From contig JAVLKG010000005.1 in assembly GCA_032128875.1 (NCBI GenBank), forward strand, positions 1-64,000: a stretch of 64,000 nucleotides of DNA, written 5' to 3'. Positions 56,845 to 64,000 of the stretch are shown here, one piece after another; position 1 is the stretch's first letter, and each line of letters starts with the position of its first letter. The notes under the pieces are model-generated. The model ran no database searches, was not told where the DNA came from, and worked only from the letters and a program-made list of their open reading frames with translations. The stretch is from Candidatus Melainabacteria bacterium 17Bon1m. GTDB taxonomy: Bacteria > Cyanobacteriota > Vampirovibrionia > Obscuribacterales > Obscuribacteraceae. The position numbers and the translations under genes were made by a program.

Positions 56845-58488
56845 TTACTTTGCATCCGATGATTCTTGAACACGCCTTTCAGTTTCCCACAAATCTATCG
56901 CTTCAAGCGCTTTTTCGAAACGCTCGAAGCAATTTCCCATGTCAATTTTTGCTCCAATATCATTTAGGGTTTTTCTTATGTGTGGACTTATCCCGACAAA
57001 GAGCACCTTAATTCCTTTTGCTTGCCATTTCTCAATTGCGGTCTCCAAGGCAAAAGCACCGGTTTGATCTACCAATGGCACGTTTAAGAAGCTCAAGATT
57101 ACATATTTGGCGGCGCCCATATTCTCCACAGATTCTGTGAGATTTTTCGCTTCTCCAAAGAATAAAGGACCGTTCAAAACATAAGAGTAAGTAGTTTTGC
57201 GCACACTTTCAGGAATATGCAATGTCACTTCTTTGAGTTCCTCGAGAGTTTCAAGATCGCCAAATGACGAGACTCTCGCGTCAGCCAATTGTTTGACGAA
57301 AAGCACTGATGCAACTGCAACTCCCACTAGAACGGCAATAATTAGATCGACGAAAATTGTTAAAGAAAGAACCATAAGCATCACGGTCATGTCTGCTTTT
57401 GGCGTTCGTTGTAGACTGCGTAAAACACGCCAGTCCATGATGCTCAAACCTACGGTAGTAAGTATGGCTGCCAGCGCACAAAGCGGTATTTCGGCTGCTA
57501 TTTTAGTGAAATAAATCAGTACAAGCAAAAGAAAGCCGCCGTGCAAAATACCCGAAAGCGCAGTCGTTCCGCCCGATTTCACGTTGACCATAGAGCGCAT
57601 CGTAGCGCCGGCTCCTGGCAGTCCGCCAATGAGCCCAGACATCATGTTTCCAACTCCTTGCCCGATCAGTTCACGATTACTATCATGTTTTCTGCCAGTT
57701 ACCTTGTCCAAAACAATAGAAGTCAAAAGAGAATCAATTGCGCCTAGAAATGCCAATGTGAGCCCATTTTGCAAGACAAGGTGGACGTCGGCAAAATTGA
57801 AATTGGGCAGCTTGGGCTGCGGAAATGCTGCAGGGATACTTCCTATTTTCGGAACGTCGAGTTGAAAAAAATGAGTCAATACTGTCGCTGCCACCAGTGC
57901 TACCAATGAAGCTGGAATTTTTTTATAGACAAAGGGCAACAAATAAATCAGCGCCAGGCTTACGGCACTGATCAGCACGGCATCTCGATTCCACGATGTC
58001 GGTAGCGCGCTTAATGACGCAAGTGCGTCAACCACACTTCCTGAGGCTTGCATTCCAAAGAGGGGCGCAATTTCTACGCAAATTATTATCGCGCCAATGC
58101 CTGTCATAAAGCCCGAGATGACCGGGTAAGGCATATACCCGATGAGCTGCCCGGCTTTGACATAACCCATAACAATTTGAATAATGCCGCCAACGATTGC
58201 AGAGGCAAATACAAGATCAGCTCTGCCTGACGACGATGCAAATATGGACGCAGCAACGACAGTCATCGGCCCCGTGGGTCCGGAACACTGGCCAGGTGTT
58301 CCTCCGAACAGCGCGGCAAAAATGCCACAGGCTATGGATCCATACAACCCGGCAACCGCGCCCAACCCAGAAGCAACCCCAAATGCCAGGCAAAGTGGCA
58401 GAGCAACGATTGCTGCCATCAACCCGCCCGAAAGATCGCCGAGTGGATTGGTGCGCAATGTGACTTTCAATGTGTTGTATGCATTCAT
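56845..58488 (-). CDS. SulP family anion transporter with STAS domain (BicA-like)
   Basis: GDLSGGL..AIVALP..LAFGVASG, SGPTGPM, NRELIGQG, GAGATMR, GPLFFG; GGAAAT before ATG 58488. Confidence 0.93.
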   Translation of the reverse strand: MNAYNTLKVTLRTNPLGDLSGGLMAAIVALPLCLAFGVASGLGAVAGLYGSIACGIFAALFGGTPGQCSGPTGPMTVVAASIFASSSGRADLVFASAIVGGIIQIVMGYVKAGQLIGYMPYPVISGFMTGIGAIIICVEIAPLFGMQASGSVVDALASLSALPTSWNRDAVLISAVSLALIYLLPFVYKKIPASLVALVAATVLTHFFQLDVPKIGSIPAAFPQPKLPNFNFADVHLVLQNGLTLAFLGAIDSLLTSIVLDKVTGRKHDSNRELIGQGVGNMMSGLIGGLPGAGATMRSMVNVKSGGTTALSGILHGGFLLLVLIYFTKIAAEIPLCALAAILTTVGLSIMDWRVLRSLQRTPKADMTVMLMVLSLTIFVDLIIAVLVGVAVASVLFVKQLADARVSSFGDLETLEELKEVTLHIPESVRKTTYSYVLNGPLFFGEAKNLTESVENMGAAKYVILSFLNVPLVDQTGAFALETAIEKWQAKGIKVLFVGISPHIRKTLNDIGAKIDMGNCFERFEKALEAIDLWETERRVQESSDAK

Positions 58489-58580
58489 CAAATTTCCAGG
58501 AGGCCTTTCAAAGTAAGATACTTCATTCAGTTTGGAATGGGTCTTGCAGATTGCTTGCAAAAATAAACCAATTTCGTTTT

Positions 58581-58651
58581 TTGCACACTTCCACGCAGTG
58601 TGGAGAAAAATTGCACACTTCCACGCAGTGTGGAGAAAAATTGGACACTTC
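58581..58651. repeat. 30-bp direct repeat, 2.3 copies, each with an internal palindrome
   Basis: TTGCACACTTCCACGCAGTGTGGAGAAAAA twice plus partial TTGGACACTTC; TCCAC-N5-GTGGA. Confidence 0.85.
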
Positions 58652-58753
58652 GAACGAAACGTGCGTACTCGGCTTATTGAATGCGCTCTGGCAACGCATA
58701 TTGTTCAGGCGTTAGATTCTTTAGTGGCTAAAGTGTTAAATAGAGTTCCGTAA

Positions 58754-59995
58754 ATGCAGCTGGAATTTATCGGACGAAGGAACAAGCACGAAATTACGAC
58801 GGTCAATGCGCCGGTAAATCTTTGGCTGGTGCATAATTGTTTTGAGGAGCAGGCAATGTCCAACGAACCACAGCCGCAACCTTCAAATCACAAGCAGGAT
58901 AGCGCTCTTGAAGAAGAGCGCGCCAATTTGGCGTTTATGAAGCAGCAGCTCGAAGGTGCCAAAAGACAGCTCAAGGAAGCTACAAAAACACACGGGCAGT
59001 TTGACTCTATGTCGGAGTTGTTGGCGCTTCAGGAAGGAATGAGCCTGGAGGAAGCACGTGCTCGCGCGTTGGAATTCGAACAGAAATCATTCGGCATAGC
59101 ATTTGAAGATGGCAGAGTTGAAACGAGAAGGACGCGAGTAGAAGAGTGCGTCGCTGATCTGGAGGAAACACCAGCTTCTTCAAGCTCTGCGACAGCATCA
59201 GACCCAACGATAGCATCGCCCCTATCCACGCCTGCAGCCATGTCAGAAGTTGCAGAAACTTTTGCGACAGCCGCATCTCTCGATTTGCATCCAGAAGCCA
59301 TGCCGTGGCTTATGCGTGACGGCGTCTGTCTCTTTCGTGACTCTGAGCAACCTTTTGAAACTTTTGAAGACGAGCTCTTGGCGCTCACGACGCGCGTGGA
59401 TCAGTTCGCGTGGTTGCGCGTTTTCTCCTTTTTCCCTGAGCTGAACGGGCTTTCTGCAGAATTGATGCGAGCCTTTGTGCGAGGAAATTTGTGTGCATAT
59501 ACTCGCAACAAGTTGATAGATGACTATCTAGTTTCTACCGGGCAGCACTCCAGGCATGATGTTCCGCTAGGTTTTGCGCAGATAACTGCGGCACAAGTTC
59601 TTCAGTTGGAACAGCGGTTTCCTCAGCTTGCTGCATTCTTCGCCGGCGCTGGATATGTTGGAGCCGCGCACGAGAGCTTGGTTTTACTCGATCCTACGTG
59701 TGTGCCGATTTTGGTGGCGGCATACGTTGCATCGTTAGTTGCTGAGTTGAATGAACAAGGGATTGAAGTAAATGATTGGACGGTTGCATATGCGTTCCAT
59801 CCCGATGTCTACGCTCACTCCGATGGTGGAGAAGGTACGGTTTATGAGGTTCTCGAAGGTATAGATGTGAGTTTGTCCAAGGTCAAACATTGGGATCAGC
59901 ACCTAGAGTTTTACGCAGAAAACGATGCGATTATTTCCAATTCGCAGCAGGTGAAGAGGATTGTCGCGCAACTTGTTCATCTGGCGAATGCATGA
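58754..59995 (+). CDS. Hypothetical protein with N-terminal coiled coil
   Basis: 413-aa ORF; GAGGAG SD favours a start at ATG 58856. Confidence 0.75.
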   Translation: MQLEFIGRRNKHEITTVNAPVNLWLVHNCFEEQAMSNEPQPQPSNHKQDSALEEERANLAFMKQQLEGAKRQLKEATKTHGQFDSMSELLALQEGMSLEEARARALEFEQKSFGIAFEDGRVETRRTRVEECVADLEETPASSSSATASDPTIASPLSTPAAMSEVAETFATAASLDLHPEAMPWLMRDGVCLFRDSEQPFETFEDELLALTTRVDQFAWLRVFSFFPELNGLSAELMRAFVRGNLCAYTRNKLIDDYLVSTGQHSRHDVPLGFAQITAAQVLQLEQRFPQLAAFFAGAGYVGAAHESLVLLDPTCVPILVAAYVASLVAELNEQGIEVNDWTVAYAFHPDVYAHSDGGEGTVYEVLEGIDVSLSKVKHWDQHLEFYAENDAIISNSQQVKRIVAQLVHLANA

Positions 59996-60039
59996 GCGAT
60001 AGTGTGCAGTTCAAAGTGGCCCACTTTTAAGTTGTGTTT

Positions 60040-61524
60040 TCAACGTTGTGCTGTGTGCTCTCTAGTTAGTTCAGACGCAAAAAAGCTCACGCGCTCTGCC
60101 ATCTCGTCTTCTGGATGGTGTGAAAAACGCAGCATAAACTCGTTGGTCTTTGCCGAGTGTGCGTAATACGGTTTTGTCGTGGCGCATGAAAGGCCCGCTT
60201 TCTTAGCGCAGCTCAAAATTGCGTCCGGCGAATAGGTCTCTTTGAATTGAACGACTACATGCATTCCGCTGGTGGATGAGGCGAGTTTGATCTCGTCTTT
60301 GAACTGTTTTTTGAGTGCGAATATGAGCGCTTGCCTGCGTTTTCTCAAGCTCTTCCACATTGCGCGCACGTGCGTTTCGATAACGTTTTTGTCCAACATC
60401 TCAGTGAGCACAAGATGCTCCACGAGAGTAAATTGGCGATCCCAACTGCATTTGAAACTCTGGAACGTTTCAATCAGAGGCTCGGGAATCACAAGAAAGC
60501 TGACCGAAACAAGCGGATAGAGCAATCGCCAGAACGAATAGAAGTAAATCACTGAGCCGGTTTTGTCCATGCTAAACAGCGATGGAGCCGCCTGTCCGTC
60601 GTATTGGAATTCAGAATCCCAGTCGTCTTCGAGAATTGCGCAGTTGTTGCGATTGCACCAGTCTATTAGCGCAGCACGCCGTGATTCAGAAAGCATCGCG
60701 CCGGACGGCTCCTGGCATGATGGTTCGACATAGATCCATTGCACAGGTCTGTCGATTTCTTTGAGCTGTTCGACCATCAGTCCGTGCTCATCAATTCCCA
60801 CAGGAATAACGGCTGCACCAAGGCTGTGAAACTGTTCTCTCGCGCCCCAGAAGCCTGGGTTCTCGCAAATAATTGCATCGTCTGGTTTTACCAAAAGTGA
60901 AAACGCCGGGGAAACAACACTCTGAACACCTGAGCCAATCACGATTTGCTCTGGTTTGCAGATGATCTGCTTTGTTCTGCGCAAATAACCAGCAATTGCT
61001 TTGCGCAAAGGCAAATAACCAAATGCATCGCTATTGGCTTCAAAGTCGAAGTTTTCTGCTGTGCGACTCCAGTGCATCAGCGACTTTCTCCACGCCTGCA
61101 CGGGCAGCATTTCGCTGGGCGCGGAGCCAAAATTTATCTCATCGAAATCTGTATTTTCGATTGCTTCGATGCGCTGCGCATGCAGGTTGGTGGCTAGGTT
61201 TGAATATCTGTCTTGCCACGGGTATCCAGCAGATTTGGATTGTTTTTCGCTCGCGCTTTCAGCGGAAGAACCGTTTCTATCAGCTTTGCGAACCCATGTG
61301 CCTGCTCCAGGACTCGTCGTCAAATGCCCGGTGGCGATCAGACCTTCTAAGCTCTTCATTACCGTCGTGCGCGAGATGCCCAGATAGAGCGCCATGTCAC
61401 GCGTTGACGGCAGCTTTTCACCAGGGGCCAAATGCTGGTTTTCAATTGCAGACGCAATTGTTTCACGCAGTGTCTCTGCTGTGATTTTGGAGCCTTTGAG
61501 TTGCTTAAGTATCGCCAGGTTCAT
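60040..61524 (-). CDS. MocR/GabR family regulator (GntR wHTH plus aminotransferase-like domain)
   Basis: LAPGEKLPSTRDMA..LGISRTTV; GYLPLRKAIA; ENPGF; ILEDDWDSEF; GMH. Confidence 0.92.
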   Translation of the reverse strand: MNLAILKQLKGSKITAETLRETIASAIENQHLAPGEKLPSTRDMALYLGISRTTVMKSLEGLIATGHLTTSPGAGTWVRKADRNGSSAESASEKQSKSAGYPWQDRYSNLATNLHAQRIEAIENTDFDEINFGSAPSEMLPVQAWRKSLMHWSRTAENFDFEANSDAFGYLPLRKAIAGYLRRTKQIICKPEQIVIGSGVQSVVSPAFSLLVKPDDAIICENPGFWGAREQFHSLGAAVIPVGIDEHGLMVEQLKEIDRPVQWIYVEPSCQEPSGAMLSESRRAALIDWCNRNNCAILEDDWDSEFQYDGQAAPSLFSMDKTGSVIYFYSFWRLLYPLVSVSFLVIPEPLIETFQSFKCSWDRQFTLVEHLVLTEMLDKNVIETHVRAMWKSLRKRRQALIFALKKQFKDEIKLASSTSGMHVVVQFKETYSPDAILSCAKKAGLSCATTKPYYAHSAKTNEFMLRFSHHPEDEMAERVSFFASELTREHTAQR

Positions 61525-61744
61525 CTCTAATTACTTACCACCTACGGGCAATATACCGGCGGCAGATAATGCGCATTTTGCAGATTCTCGAGAAGCGGCG
61601 GGGGTGGGGTTTTAGCCCAGTCGCATTTTTGTGCACAACGCGTTTAATCCTGCACTACGTATTTTGCACACGCACCTGCAACAGATCTGCAACACCGCGC
61701 TTTGAGAATCGTGTAATCCCGCAACTGCACGAAGTTTATGAAAC

Positions 61745-62410
61745 ATGATCACTGAAAACCTTATCGATTCATACGTCACTCAAGGCGCCAGCGCTTTCTC
61801 CCAAGGGCAATTTCAAGCCGCCGGAAGATTGTTTCTCGCTGCGTATCAAAAGTCGAAATCTTTGAGCAAAACAGATCCAAAATTGGCTTTGGTTTATGCC
61901 AATCTTTCTTTGTTCTACTATCAGCAAAAGCGCTATCGAAAGGCTGAAGGTCTGCTTGAACAGGCGCTTTCTATTCTCACGGAAAACAAGCTTTTGCAGT
62001 CGGAGTTTGCCGAAAAGGTACGTGTGCAGCTTGCCAATGTTTATCTTGCGCAGGAAAAACACACGCAATTGATCAAGCACTACAAGACTTGTTTGTCGTA
62101 TTTCTTGTCTGTTTCAAAACTCGCAGATGCTTCTGCTGCATACAACAGAATCATCGATCTGTACATTGCGCTCGACCGCATGAAGGATGCAGAAATCTGG
62201 TGCAGGCAGGCGGTTTCATTCGATAGAGAATATTCGGCGCAGAGTGATCCGGTGGCGAAAAAACGATTGATCAAAATGGCTTGGATTTACACACGGCTGG
62301 GCCGAACCGATGATGCCTGCCGCATCTACAATAGCAGTGTTCATCAAGAGAAAGAACAAGCAGCGTTTATGCGACCAGTGTTGAGTCAAGGCGTTGGAGT
62401 CTATAGCTAG
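61745..62410 (+). CDS. TPR protein
   Basis: NLSLFYYQQKRYRKAEGLLEQAL and further TPR-like repeats. Confidence 0.8.
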   Translation: MITENLIDSYVTQGASAFSQGQFQAAGRLFLAAYQKSKSLSKTDPKLALVYANLSLFYYQQKRYRKAEGLLEQALSILTENKLLQSEFAEKVRVQLANVYLAQEKHTQLIKHYKTCLSYFLSVSKLADASAAYNRIIDLYIALDRMKDAEIWCRQAVSFDREYSAQSDPVAKKRLIKMAWIYTRLGRTDDACRIYNSSVHQEKEQAAFMRPVLSQGVGVYS

Positions 62411-62606
62411 ACCGGTTCGGCATGTGGCGCTCTTTTGTGTGCGAATTGCAAGCGCTTTTTGAAATGGCAATTCCTTTCTGTGTATATCGAATCACGCCTG
62501 TGGTAAGTTTCGAAAATATACTAAATGACGTGGTAGAATTGCGACTAAAACGAAAAGGCTAAGCGCACCCGTTGTACGAGTGCGAATAGCCCAATCGTTC
62601 TCGGCT

Positions 62607-63014
62607 TTACTTGGTCGCGTGAATCTTGATGTTCAGCGTGCGGCCGTTGATCGTGCAGCTGTAGGTCAGCGTGACGGCCGAACCCGGACCGTTGTCCGGA
62701 TAGTCACCGAGGGTGACATTGCCGACCGTGAAGCCTGCTTGCTTCACGAATTCCTGCGCGTAGAACAGGGTGTTGGCCGTGGTGACGACGTACTTGCCGG
62801 CGGCATCGCGCTTGTATTCGGCGCGGAAGGGCTGCCAGACACGACGCTTTCCGCCACGATTGAACGTGAACTGGAGGGTCTCCAGGCTCTTGATGTTGAG
62901 CAGTCGGGTGCTACGTTCGACTGCGCCGACTCCCATGCCTTGCAGGGCATGGTCGAGCAGTTCGATATCTCCCTCTCCGGAGATTTCGATGCGGGTGCGC
63001 TTGAGTTTGCTCAT
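62607..63014 (-). CDS. Hypothetical protein
   Basis: AAGGA SD; strong GC3 bias. Confidence 0.7.
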   Translation of the reverse strand: MSKLKRTRIEISGEGDIELLDHALQGMGVGAVERSTRLLNIKSLETLQFTFNRGGKRRVWQPFRAEYKRDAAGKYVVTTANTLFYAQEFVKQAGFTVGNVTLGDYPDNGPGSAVTLTYSCTINGRTLNIKIHATK

Positions 63015-63251
63015 GATAGGTTTCCTTGTCGGTGTTCGCCTTCGGCGATTTCATCACGTCAGGCGAGGGGGAGGACTTGTCGACTAGCGAAGCTCAGTGG
63101 CTTCTCGTCTTTGTTTGTCCTCTAGGGAAACGCGTTGAGCGCGTTGGGGAGTTGCAAATTTTGTCGCGATTTTTGTTGCGCCAATTTTCAATCCGCTGCT
63201 CGGAAAACCGGGCGGTATTCCCGGTTTTCCGAGGCTGGGAGCAAGTGAGGC

Positions 63252-63881
63252 TTACGCTTCGATGATGTCGAAGAGGCGCGCGATTTCGTCGGCGGTGAAG
63301 GGCACAGCCCAGTCACCGGCGCCGATCAGCATGCCGCCGTCCTCCATTTCGCGGTCGATGGAGCAGTGCCAGCCGGTGTGGAAGCGAACGGGACTGCCAC
63401 CCTTCGTGTGGGTGAAGTGACCCTTCACGACGGCGACGCGCTTCTTGGGCGCGGCCACGAAGGCGGTGCGCTGTTTTGCCGCTTGGTAGACGCCGGTTGC
63501 GGCGGTCACGGCCTTTGCGACATAGCCGGCGAGCTGGTCGACTGCTTCAGCCGAGCGGCGGCCGATGCTGGCGCGCTCGAGCTGGCTGCCGGCGTAAGCG
63601 GCGTCGGTCTTCACCCGTTCGATGTCGATGCTGGACAGCACGGACTCGACGGCGGCGATTTCGTCGGCGACGGTGCCGATCAGGTTGCCGAAGTTCTCGG
63701 AGCCCTGGGGCGCTTTCTCGAGCTTGTTGGCGGCGCCCGCCAGCGAGCCGTAGGCATACTGAAGCGCGTTGAGCGTCAGCCAGTGGGCGCGCGTGTTCTG
63801 GTCATACTCGGTTTCGAGCGAGAGGGAGAGGGCTTTCAGAGTGGCTGCCTTATCGGCGAAATCGACAGTTGCAGTTTGCAT
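63252..63881 (-). CDS. Hypothetical protein
   Basis: 209 aa; strong GC3 bias; helical N-terminus and small beta-rich C-terminus. Confidence 0.7.
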   Translation of the reverse strand: MQTATVDFADKAATLKALSLSLETEYDQNTRAHWLTLNALQYAYGSLAGAANKLEKAPQGSENFGNLIGTVADEIAAVESVLSSIDIERVKTDAAYAGSQLERASIGRRSAEAVDQLAGYVAKAVTAATGVYQAAKQRTAFVAAPKKRVAVVKGHFTHTKGGSPVRFHTGWHCSIDREMEDGGMLIGAGDWAVPFTADEIARLFDIIEA

Positions 63882-64000
63882 GCGTTTTTATCTCTTGTGG
63901 GTTGTTGCCAGGCCAGGCAGCCGCTCACGATGAGCGACTGCCTTCCTTGCGGATTTAGGATCTTGCGAATCACGCGGTCAGGGACGTAGTCGCGCCCCCA

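Noticed and set aside
58581-58651. CRISPR array (30-bp palindromic repeats)
   Set aside because: No spacers and only 2.3 copies

Overview
Bacterial chromosomal window with about 55 protein-coding genes. I found no rRNA, tRNA, CRISPR array or recognisable mobile element. The cyanobacterial-type TrpRS, many TPR proteins, MshEN-like repeat proteins and a LysM-tailed low-complexity protein suggest non-photosynthetic Cyanobacteriota (Melainabacteria/Obscuribacterales-like); this is inference. Recognisable genes are trpS, tldD, pmbA/tldE, corA, an FtsH-family protease, SulP plus USP, a MocR regulator, two NarL-type regulators and three histidine kinases (one 5'-truncated). The top finding is that trpS is split by a +1 frame change at TAT-CTT-TGG-C, one base different from the prfB programmed frameshift site TAT-CTT-TGA-C, with a Trp codon in place of the stop. 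The reconstructed 334-aa enzyme contains no Trp at all. This suggests autoregulation by hungry-Trp-codon frameshifting, though a single-base sequencing error is not excluded. Other findings: a UxxC selenoprotein candidate split at an in-frame TGA with a SECIS-like hairpin; a Fur-box-led operon (carboxylate-amine ligase, MFS, PepSY-TM); a tandemly duplicated LemA-like/TPM-like module; an MshEN-repeat histidine kinase; a TM/degenerate isochorismatase/Nudix fusion; and a MocR lacking the PLP lysine.
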